Source: Bacteroidota bacterium
Lineage (GTDB): Bacteria > Bacteroidota > Rhodothermia > Rhodothermales > UBA10348
DNA: 37,552 bases
Assembly (NCBI GenBank): GCA_022571135.1
Contig: JACZYK010000001.1
Coordinates: 1 to 37,552, forward strand
Reading direction: 5' to 3'
Every line of letters begins with the position of its first letter. The first letter of the stretch is position 1. Position numbers and translations under genes: made by a program. Below are positions 9,563 through 16,835 of the stretch, piece after piece. The notes beneath the pieces were generated by a model. The model saw only the letters and a list, made by a program, of their open reading frames with translations. It did not search any database and had not been told where the DNA came from.

Positions 9563-10507
9563 ATGTCTAAAAGAAAATCAGCGTTAGGAAAGGGACTGGG
9601 AGCCTTGCTCCCCGCTGAGGCCTCGGGAGAGGAAGACGGTTCAGATATTTCGAAAATCAGACTGTACAATTTCGATGATCGCATCCGGGCGGCAGGCCGG
9701 GTTTCGGAAATTGAGATGAATCTGATCGATCCTAATCCTTTCCAGCCGCGATCGGATTTCGATGAAGACTCCCTGGATGAACTGGCGGCTTCGATTCAAC
9801 AACTTGGAATCATACAGCCCATTACCGTCAGGGCGGTTCGGCTCGGTCGATACGAGATAATTGCCGGCGAGCGGCGACTTCGTGCAGCGCAGCGGGCGAA
9901 TCTGACCCGTATCCCGACATTTGTCCGGGAGGCGGATTCGGAGGCGATGCTGGAAATGGCCCTTGTCGAAAATGTTCAACGCCAGTCGCTCAACCCGATC
10001 GAGATCGCCATGGGCTACCAGAGACTCATCGACGAGTGTGGGCTGATACAGGACCAGGTTGCTGAAAAGGTCAGCAAGAATCGAACAACTGTTGCGAATT
10101 TTCTACGGCTCCTGCGCCTCCCGCCAAAGGTGCAGGCTGCACTGAGAGACGGAACCGTATCGACCGGTCATGCCCGTGCACTCATTTCGCTGGAATCCGA
10201 AAAGGACCAGCTCAGCGTACTGGCACGAATTATCAGGGACGGCCTCTCCGTCAGAGCGGTGGAAGAGCGCGTTCGCACGATTCTGGAAGAAGACCAAGAG
10301 AAGAAACCATCCGCCAGAAAGCGGGCATCGATTAAGGTTGTTCCAATCGAGAGCCCCGAACTCAGAGCGATCAGAGATCGCCTGCGCATCACCTACGGTA
10401 CGCAGATTTCTATCAAATCGGCCGCTAACAAGAAAGGGGGGCGCATCGAGGTGGAATATTATTCGGATGACGACCTGGAGCGAATTGTCGAACTCATGCT
10501 TCGTTAG
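9563..10507 (+). CDS. parB: Chromosome partitioning protein ParB/Spo0J
   Basis: MSKRKSALGKGLGALL N-terminus, ParB box (IAGERRLRAA), HTH and a C-terminal dimerisation region. The ORF track starts at TTG 9521, but ATG 9563 gives the canonical N-terminus. Confidence 0.93.
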   Translation: MSKRKSALGKGLGALLPAEASGEEDGSDISKIRLYNFDDRIRAAGRVSEIEMNLIDPNPFQPRSDFDEDSLDELAASIQQLGIIQPITVRAVRLGRYEIIAGERRLRAAQRANLTRIPTFVREADSEAMLEMALVENVQRQSLNPIEIAMGYQRLIDECGLIQDQVAEKVSKNRTTVANFLRLLRLPPKVQAALRDGTVSTGHARALISLESEKDQLSVLARIIRDGLSVRAVEERVRTILEEDQEKKPSARKRASIKVVPIESPELRAIRDRLRITYGTQISIKSAANKKGGRIEVEYYSDDDLERIVELMLR

Positions 10508-10568
10508 GCCGTTACGGTCCGGCGGACTACTTTTCGGGATTCCGGTCGCCACGTGGAAGCTCGTGGTC

Positions 10569-11126
10569 ATGCTGCTTTTTGCGACCGGCCTGTCTCCGTC
10601 CTGTCTGGCTCAGAATACGGCAGATAGTGAGGATGCACTTCACTCTCCACACGGTGCTCTCCGCAGAGCCGCGGCTCTGCCCGGCTGGGGACAGATTTAT
10701 AATGCCCAGTATTACAAGCTCCCGATCCTTTACGGAGCACTCGGGGGCCTCGTCGTGACGTATATAAATCTCAACGACGACTATCAGCTATACAAACGGG
10801 CGTTTCAGTACAAGGCATTTCAGGAGAAGGTAGACTCCGGGCAGATCGAAGTGAACCCGAAAGCGGACTTCAAAGCATCCTACGAGAGACTGTCGGCTGA
10901 ATTCGGTCCGATATCGTCGAGACCGCTCGAGTCCAGGCGAGATAACCTCCGCCGAAACCGTGACCTGACGCTTCTCAGCGTCGGCCTCCTCTACAGCCTG
11001 TCGATTCTGGATGCATTCGTAAGTGCCCACCTGTTGGATTTCGACGTGGACGATAATCTGGCGATAGAAATCGCTCCGATCCCGCGTGGAATTTCCCTTA
11101 GAGTCCGAATCCCCATCGGCCAATAA
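10569..11126 (+). CDS. DUF5683-like membrane/periplasmic protein (commonly follows parB in Bacteroidota-like genomes)
   Basis: LPGWGQIYNAQYYKLPILYGALGG motif and a second hydrophobic segment near the C-terminus. The tracked ORF (from 10170) overlaps parB out of frame, so a start at ATG 10569, GTG 10563 or ATG 10467 is more likely. Confidence 0.7.
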   Translation: MLLFATGLSPSCLAQNTADSEDALHSPHGALRRAAALPGWGQIYNAQYYKLPILYGALGGLVVTYINLNDDYQLYKRAFQYKAFQEKVDSGQIEVNPKADFKASYERLSAEFGPISSRPLESRRDNLRRNRDLTLLSVGLLYSLSILDAFVSAHLLDFDVDDNLAIEIAPIPRGISLRVRIPIGQ

Positions 11127-11355
11127 TCATGGGAAGGAATCACGCAGAAATCATAGCCGGAAACCGAACGGTACGTTGAGCATTAGTGTTAGCCTTGCTC
11201 GTCGTCAAAACCCACTTGGCGGCCAGAATCAGTGATCTTCAACGCGTTTAGGACTTCCTAAACAGTTTGAATGTATATTTTCTCGTCGGTGTAACCCAAG
11301 GGCCCGATTCGAATAGCTCACACCGTCGCCTCTTTCAGTATCCGGGGCACGTTAT

Positions 11356-12654
11356 ATGACGCCTGAAGGCTACCCTAAACCGGAGTCCACTGCGGAAGAC
11401 GGTGAAATCCAGGTCACCGCGGTGAAGGACCCGTTTCTCTTCAAAAAATGCCATCAGTTTTTCGATCCAAGCGAAATCTATTCACAGATTCAGGCTGCGG
11501 GTCTATATCCGTACTTCAGGCCGATCGAGCGAAATGACGGTACGCGCGCCATCATGAATGGGCGTGAAGTCATCATGGCTGGCTCGAACAATTACCTCGG
11601 CCTACTCTCGGATCCAAGAGTGCTGGAGGCAGCCGAAAAAGCGATTCACAAATACGGTACGGGTTGTACGGGTAGCCGATTCCTGAACGGCACCCTCGAT
11701 ATTCACATCGAATTGGAGGAGCGTCTCTCCCATTTCATGGGCCGCGATGCCTGCGTCCTGTTTTCGACGGGTTATATGACGAATATGGGTGTCATCCAGG
11801 CATTGGCTGGAAAGGGGGATCTGATTTTCTCCGACAAGGATAATCACGCCTGCATCGTCGCGGGTACTCAGGTCAGCCTCGCCGATACGATCCGGTTCCG
11901 ACATAACGATCTGGAACATCTGCGCAAGGTTATCGAGAAGGCGCAGGAAGAGCGTCCGGATGCGGGTAAACTGATCGTCTCGGATGGCGTGTTCTCGATG
12001 AGCGGGACCATCGCCGATGTGCCCGGATTGCTTGGACTGGCTGAGGAATTCGGCGCCGCACTTATGCTCGACGACGCTCATGCAGTCGGCGTAATTGGTC
12101 CCGGAGGACATGGAAGTGCGGCTCATTTTGGACTTCAGGACGGGGTGCATCTGACAACGGGGACTTTTTCAAAGAGCTTTGCTTCTCTGGGCGGATTCGT
12201 CGTTGGCGACGCCGATGTAATCGGATACATCCGCCATATGAGTTCCACCCATATCTACAGCGCTTCCATGCCCCCTGCCAGCGTAGCAACGGTTCTTAAG
12301 TGCCTTGATATTCTGGTGAAAGAACCAGAGCGTGTCGAGAGGCTCCGAGAGATCTCGGACTATATGAGGGATGGATTCAGAAATGCGGGCTTTAATGTCT
12401 GGACGAGCCTGGCACCGATCATTTCCGTTGAGGCCGGCGATATGAAAACCTGCTTCCTCATGTGGAAGGATTTGCTTGAGGAGGGAGTGTTCGTGAACGC
12501 CGTAGTTCCTCCGGCCGTACCCCAGGGCCAGTCGGTGTTGAGAACTTCCTACATGGCCACGCATACGGACGATGACCTCGACTTTATTCTGGGAGCATTC
12601 AGAAAAGTCGGAAGAAAGTATGGTACGCTGATCAACAACGGGATGCCCGAATAG
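11356..12654 (+). CDS. PLP-dependent alpha-oxoamine synthase, serine palmitoyltransferase-like (possible sphingolipid or sulfonolipid base synthase)
   Basis: GTFSKSF PLP-lysine motif, DDAHAVG, GSRFLNGT, IRFRHND, SASMPPA and VNAVVPPAVP. From memory, the overall pattern resembles Sphingomonas SPT more than BioF or Kbl. Confidence 0.8.
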   Translation: MTPEGYPKPESTAEDGEIQVTAVKDPFLFKKCHQFFDPSEIYSQIQAAGLYPYFRPIERNDGTRAIMNGREVIMAGSNNYLGLLSDPRVLEAAEKAIHKYGTGCTGSRFLNGTLDIHIELEERLSHFMGRDACVLFSTGYMTNMGVIQALAGKGDLIFSDKDNHACIVAGTQVSLADTIRFRHNDLEHLRKVIEKAQEERPDAGKLIVSDGVFSMSGTIADVPGLLGLAEEFGAALMLDDAHAVGVIGPGGHGSAAHFGLQDGVHLTTGTFSKSFASLGGFVVGDADVIGYIRHMSSTHIYSASMPPASVATVLKCLDILVKEPERVERLREISDYMRDGFRNAGFNVWTSLAPIISVEAGDMKTCFLMWKDLLEEGVFVNAVVPPAVPQGQSVLRTSYMATHTDDDLDFILGAFRKVGRKYGTLINNGMPE

Positions 12655-12691
12655 GCCGAACGGTAATGCCCGATGATCGAAAATTTAGAAA

Positions 12692-12722
12692 GGGGCTGTC
12701 CATCAGGACGGCCCCTTTTCTT
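12692..12722 (+). terminator. Rho-independent terminator after the SPT-like gene
   Basis: GGGGCTGTCC-ATCA-GGACGGCCCC is a 10-bp stem with one G-U pair, followed by TTTTCTT. The reverse strand also ends in a T-rich run, so it may act in both directions. Confidence 0.7.
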
Positions 12723-12774
12723 GGACCCGTTTACGGGCGGCTTCAGGACACTTTCGAGTAGCGTTAACAGGGCC
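12715..12774 (-). repeat. Dispersed intergenic repeat, short form
   Basis: The minus strand reads GGCCCTGTTAACGCTACTCGAAAGTGTCCTGAAGCCGCCCG-TAAA-CGGGTCC. The box, linker and UAAA-loop hairpin parallel 9266-9314, with a T-A to C-G stem covariation. Confidence 0.8.
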
Positions 12775-12873
12775 TTGTTCCAACTCTCGGATATCCCTCC
12801 TATTTTACTTGTCCAGATAGGCAGACTGTAACTGCCTTCTCTTTTCTCATCGAGGTCGGGCAATACTCCTGAT

Positions 12874-14013
12874 ATGCAGACACCCGTGATCACTCGTGTA
12901 AAGTCAAGACTAGACCGCAAAGCGTTCATCGATCTTCCGTATCGGATCTACGCGGACAATCCGAAGTGGGTACCCCCACTGAGAGTGGATACCGCGCACA
13001 TCCTCAGTCCAAAAAAAAACGCCTTCTTCGATCATGGAGATATGGCTTTATTCCTGGCTCGAAGCACCTCCGGTGAAGTGGTGGGTAGGATCGGTGCGAT
13101 CGTAAACGGAATGCACCTGAAGAAATACGAGGACGGCGCAGGTTTCTTCGGCTTCTTCGAAACGGTCGACGATCGAGTGGTTTCAGCGGCGCTATTCGAT
13201 ATCGCCGCGGCATGGCTTCGCGAAAAAGGCCTGGTAAGCATGCGCGGACCCGCGAGCCCTTCTCTGAACGATACCTCGGGGCTACTCATCGAGGGCTTCG
13301 AACGACAGCCTGCAATTCTCATGGCGTACAATGCACCCTACTATGAGCGATTGCTACTCGAATACGGATTCGAACGCGTCATGACCATGTGGTCCTACTA
13401 CTCCAATTCCCGAATCATTGACGATTCCCGCCTGTTCAGGGGAGCCGATATCGTTCGGCGGCGCAATCCAGGCCTCACCCTCAGAGAAGTCGATATGGAC
13501 CGATTCGACGAGGAAGCGAACGATCTCCGTGAGATCTACAACGACGCATGGTCCGACAACTGGGGTTTCGTCTCGATGACGGATCGCGAGTTCTCCCAGA
13601 TGGCCAAGGAGCTGAAACAGATCATCAATCCAAAACTCTTGACCATCATTGAGGACGATGGCGTTCCGATCGCTTTCTGTGTGACTATACCCGACATGAA
13701 TTATGCCCTCAAGACGATTCCGAACGGCCGTCTGCTTCCGTTCGGGATTTTCAAACTGATGTTCCTGCAAAAGATGGGTGTCATTCGCGAAATCCGAATG
13801 CCGTTGATGGGTGTCCGGAAGAAATACCACGGCCGGGGACTCGATGCATGGCTCGTTGCCGATATGACCGAACGAGCGAGAGAATCCGGCGTGCTAGGCT
13901 GCGAAATGAGTTGGGTTCTGGACGACAACCTGAGACTCATAAATTTCCTGGAGTCCATTGGCGCCGTGAAAGAAAACGAGTACGGACTGTTCGAAAAGAA
14001 GATCGAAGCATGA
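12874..14013 (+). CDS. Uncharacterised ~380-aa protein, probably a GNAT-fold acyl-CoA N-acyltransferase-like family
   Basis: Clean 379-aa ORF. I only loosely recognise the sequence as a conserved bacterial family usually annotated as N-acetyltransferase, and I did not find a catalytic motif. Its stop overlaps the next gene's start (ATGA). Confidence 0.45.
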   Translation: MQTPVITRVKSRLDRKAFIDLPYRIYADNPKWVPPLRVDTAHILSPKKNAFFDHGDMALFLARSTSGEVVGRIGAIVNGMHLKKYEDGAGFFGFFETVDDRVVSAALFDIAAAWLREKGLVSMRGPASPSLNDTSGLLIEGFERQPAILMAYNAPYYERLLLEYGFERVMTMWSYYSNSRIIDDSRLFRGADIVRRRNPGLTLREVDMDRFDEEANDLREIYNDAWSDNWGFVSMTDREFSQMAKELKQIINPKLLTIIEDDGVPIAFCVTIPDMNYALKTIPNGRLLPFGIFKLMFLQKMGVIREIRMPLMGVRKKYHGRGLDAWLVADMTERARESGVLGCEMSWVLDDNLRLINFLESIGAVKENEYGLFEKKIEA

Positions 14014-14720
14014 GCAACCTTTCGTTTGTCTACTTCGACCTGGACGACACGCTTCTAGACCACAAACAAGCAGAGCGCCAAGCACTCGAAGATCTGTACG
14101 ATCAATACCGAGGCTGCCTCGGCTCAAATGGTCTTTCCTCGCTCCAGGATATGTACGCCGAGATAAATGCCGACGTGTGGAAACGATACGGCGCCGGCGA
14201 AATCGACAAGGTGCGGGCCAAACTGGAGCGTTTTGAACTATTGCTGGCAAGACTTGGTCTCGACGACGCTAGCGATGCAGGCGAACTGAGCGCGTTCTAT
14301 CTGTCGAGATACTCCAACCACTGGTCCTTCTTGCCCGGAGCCAGTGAGGCATATCAGAGCATCGCGAATCGACTGCCGGTCGGTATCCTCACTAACGGTT
14401 TCATTGAGATTCAGCATGCCAAGCTGAGGCAGTTTCCCGAGATTGAGCGTGCTGCCCGAGCCATTGTAATCAGTGAGGAGGTCGGATACTTGAAGCCGGA
14501 TCCTAAGATATTCGACCATGCGACGAAACTGGCAGACTGTGCACGGGAGGAAATCCTTTTCGTGGGGGATTCTCTCCGCTCCGACGTGCTAGGCGGTCTG
14601 AGAGCCGGATGGAGGGTGGCGTGGTTTACACAGGCGGAGGATGGACCAAGGGATGCATTCAGGTTCTGCTCATGGGACCAACTCCTCGATCGTATCGCCA
14701 CGCGCAGAAAGTCTTCTTAG
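14010..14720 (+). CDS. HAD-IA family hydrolase (YjjG-like phosphatase/nucleotidase)
   Basis: Motif I (FDLDDTLLD), LTNG, and motif III/IV (KPDPKIF ... VGDSLRSDVLGG). ATG 14010 overlaps the upstream TGA. The tracked ORF start at 13848 lies inside the previous gene. Confidence 0.85.
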   Translation: MSNLSFVYFDLDDTLLDHKQAERQALEDLYDQYRGCLGSNGLSSLQDMYAEINADVWKRYGAGEIDKVRAKLERFELLLARLGLDDASDAGELSAFYLSRYSNHWSFLPGASEAYQSIANRLPVGILTNGFIEIQHAKLRQFPEIERAARAIVISEEVGYLKPDPKIFDHATKLADCAREEILFVGDSLRSDVLGGLRAGWRVAWFTQAEDGPRDAFRFCSWDQLLDRIATRRKSS

Positions 14721-14722
14721 AG

Positions 14723-15373
14723 CTATAGACCTAAACGGTTCAACAGATAGTCGATCCGGCTTCTCCACCCGAGTCCATAACCGTACCTATCTGCGGTTCC
14801 ACGTCCGAAGTGTTCTACGTATTCCTCTACGGGGTAAGAACAGATTCGCCATCCATTTCTGGCCGCATCGATGCAGTTCTTCAGAACCGGTAGTCCGTGG
14901 TGTTCGAACGGCGCGAGCAACTCGTATTTCTCTTTTCTGATCAACATGAAGGCTGAAACCGGAACGGGTGTACCTGCTGTGGCGGCAAAGCCCCTTCTAT
15001 TCACCGTTACAATCTTTCCGACGGCATAACACATTGAATCTTCCGTCATCATCTTCGTCATCGCCTCGAGAAAGCCCCCACTTTTCGTGCGGGTATCGCT
15101 GTCAAAAACGTACACAAACGGGGTCTTGCTGCTCCGGATCGCCTGATCCATGGCAGGGCCGTGATACAGGTTCTCCGCATTCCGAATGAGGGTTATCGAA
15201 TCCGGAAAGGCGGCCTGAAGTGTTTTGATGCACTCGAACGAGTCATCCATCGAGCCGTTCTCGACGACAATTAGCGGGACGTCCCGATAGTATTTCCTGA
15301 ACGATCGGACAGCATCGGTCAGGAGATCCGGGGTCTGATAATTGATGACGGCTGCTGTAACGAGCCCCTGCAT
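14723..15373 (-). CDS. Glycosyltransferase family 2
   Basis: From MQGLVTAAVINYQTPDLL: a GT-A N-terminus, ENGSMDDS, and a DSD motif (VFDSDT). The tracked ORF extends to 15652, but that upstream part runs through a terminator and repeat sequence. ATG 15373 is the first plausible start. Confidence 0.8.
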   Translation of the reverse strand: MQGLVTAAVINYQTPDLLTDAVRSFRKYYRDVPLIVVENGSMDDSFECIKTLQAAFPDSITLIRNAENLYHGPAMDQAIRSSKTPFVYVFDSDTRTKSGGFLEAMTKMMTEDSMCYAVGKIVTVNRRGFAATAGTPVPVSAFMLIRKEKYELLAPFEHHGLPVLKNCIDAARNGWRICSYPVEEYVEHFGRGTADRYGYGLGWRSRIDYLLNRLGL

Positions 15374-15408
15374 TGCTGACCCTTTCCTGAATCGAACCGG
15401 CACAAAAC

Positions 15409-15434
15409 AAAAAAAGCCACTCTCTAAGAGTAGC
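15409..15434 (-). terminator. Rho-independent terminator ending the candidate RNA gene
   Basis: The minus strand reads GCUACUCU-UAG-AGAGUGGC (8 bp including one G-U pair) followed by UUUUUUU. The plus strand shows A7 at 15409-15415. Confidence 0.65.
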
Positions 15435-15652
15435 TTCCTTTGCTTCCCGACGCGCGGACCTCCCCTGGCTTGAATCTTCCACCGAAGTGGCCGAGCCGAA
15501 CCAGTTGAATGGGAGGTTCGGGTCTCTATGGTTTCCGACTTTCCGGTTTCCCGGACCATCGGTGACGTATTCCACCCTTGCGAGTTTCCTACGTAATGCC
15601 TTCGTCGTGTGGGCACACGGCGGAGACAGTTCGCCCACGAACACTCCCACAT

Positions 15653-15987
15653 GTTTCTTCCACTCTCCCGAAGGATTGCTTCCGTCGCACACGGCTGTGT
15701 GTTTCTTCCACGACTCCGAAGAATCGTTTCCGTCGCACACGGTTGTGTGTTTCTTCCGCTCTCCCGAGGGATTGCTTCCGTCGCACGCTGCTATGTGTTT
15801 CTTCCACGGCTCCGAAGAACCGTTTCCGTCGCACACGGTTGCGTGTTTCTTCCACGGCTCCGAAGAACCGTTTCCGTCGCACACGGTTGTACGTTTCGTC
15901 CACTCTCCCGAAGGATCGCTTCCGTCCCGTACGCCCTGCGTTTCTTCCGCTTTCCCGAAGGATAGCTTCCGTCGCGCACGGCCTCTC
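15653..15987 (-). repeat. Tandem array of seven 48-nt units (one is 47 nt) plus a degenerate eighth unit reaching about 16030
   Basis: Plus-strand unit starts at 15653, 15701, 15749, 15797, 15845, 15893 and 15940, each beginning GTTTC(T/G)TCC. Units 4 and 5 are nearly identical. All six reading frames are open across the array. Confidence 0.95.
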
Positions 15988-16486
15988 TTCCCTTCTGCCA
16001 GCGGCTCCGAAAAGCACTGTCAGCGTGTAGAGAAGAGGTTCGCTTCGCCCGTTTTTCGGTCCGCTTCTTTCCCCGAAATCGGCCAAAGCCGACTGCGGTT
16101 CCATCAGCAGTCCAACGGGCTCAGCCCCCGCCGGTCCAGAACTTAACGCCGGGACGTGTCCATTCCAGTTTCCAGCGAGACTTACTCACCCTTTACATCT
16201 TCCGCGATCGCCGAAGCTTTCGCTTCCGTTGCATCAAGCCACCTTCCGCCTTCCTCCGGTCACTTGCCTCTGACTTCCGAATCTTTCGACTCTTCCACCA
16301 TTGACATCACGGGGGACTGCTTCCGGTGCGATCCGACTCCAGTCGGATACTCTCGAGAAGTATAAGACCTTCATCGCCGGTCGGAGCGGTTAGTGTCGTC
16401 ATGATCTTTCGATCACGTGCGGGCCAACCTCATGCAGCCTAGAGACTCAGTCACGTCAAGGAACGGTGCCGTCAGGCACTGGACGT

Positions 16487-16515
16487 ATTATATTCCTATA
16501 TGGTACTGATGTCAA
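16487..16515 (-). promoter_or_regulatory. Exact sigma70-type consensus promoter (TTGACA, 17 nt spacer, TATAAT)
   Basis: The minus strand reads TTGACA (16515-16510), TCAGTACCATATAGGAA (17 nt), TATAAT (16492-16487). An A lies 7 nt downstream at about 16480. Confidence 0.6.
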
Positions 16516-16835
16516 TAGCAACGACATTCTGGAAGTCCACAAAGAGTTCACACAGATATCCACAGCGGGGTTGACAGACCGAATGAGCGAGTGTGAATCT
16601 GTCCGGCGACCGGTTATCGGCGACGGGCAGAAGTGCAAAAAGCCCGACCGTTAACGACCGAGCTTTTCGCTGCCCATTGTCACTACGCGACCGAGAGATC
16701 CCGTTCTCGGGATGCATTCCAGGCGGCATGATTGGACGCTAAGATAAGTCGATCTATTTCCATTAGCAAAAAACAATAACGGATTAACCCGTTCCTTGGC
16801 GAAACAGCATCAAGAAGGGGGGAATACAATAACGG

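Larger units (their letters stand above)
15409..16480 (-). ncRNA. Candidate ~1.07 kb structured non-coding RNA (unclassified), or a giant cis leader of the GT2 gene
   Basis: Bounded by a consensus promoter and an intrinsic terminator. It contains GAAA-capped hairpins at 16401-16416, 16279-16292 and 16213-16226. It contains UUCG-capped hairpins at 15479-15490, 16004-16015 and in nearly every repeat unit. G-U pairs form only in the minus orientation. There is no credible CDS. Confidence 0.55.

Noticed and set aside
10170-10568. Long N-terminal extension of the DUF5683 ORF
   Set aside because: It overlaps parB out of frame for more than 330 nt and encodes Arg/Ser-rich sequence. A start after, or just overlapping, the parB stop gives a normal signal-peptide-like N-terminus.
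15393-15405. T-loop-like GGTTCGATTC on the minus strand, just upstream of the GT2 start
   Set aside because: There is no complementary T-stem, acceptor stem or anticodon arm around it, so it is not a tRNA.
15524-15544. RNase P RNA-like string on the minus strand (GGAAAGUCGGAAACCAUAGAG versus the universal GGAAAGUCCGGGCUCCAUAGGG)
   Set aside because: Only this short stretch is similar. The complementary P4 strand (ACAGAACCCGGCUUA-like) is absent, and the terminator lies only ~110 nt downstream, which is incompatible with RNase P architecture. The similarity is probably a by-product of GGAA richness.
15653-16030. CRISPR array interpretation of the 48-nt periodicity
   Set aside because: The whole unit is repeated, with no unique spacers between conserved repeats. 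No cas genes and no leader are in the window.
15243-16146. Six overlapping ORFs (62-219 aa, all six frames) across the tandem array, including repeat peptides such as CDGNGSSEPWKKH and CFFHSPEGLLPSHT
   Set aside because: All frames are open simply because the 48-nt unit has no stop trinucleotide on either strand. The ORFs run through a terminator hairpin and into the GT2 gene or the promoter-proximal hairpins. The encoded sequences are low-complexity. The minus-strand 171-aa frame is kept only as a minor alternative in the findings.
16466-16654. 62-aa plus-strand ORF between the RNA promoter and the rhomboid gene
   Set aside because: It starts at GTG with no recognisable motifs. It contains the minus-strand consensus promoter within it and has no obvious expression signals of its own. 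It is most likely spurious, though a small protein cannot be excluded.
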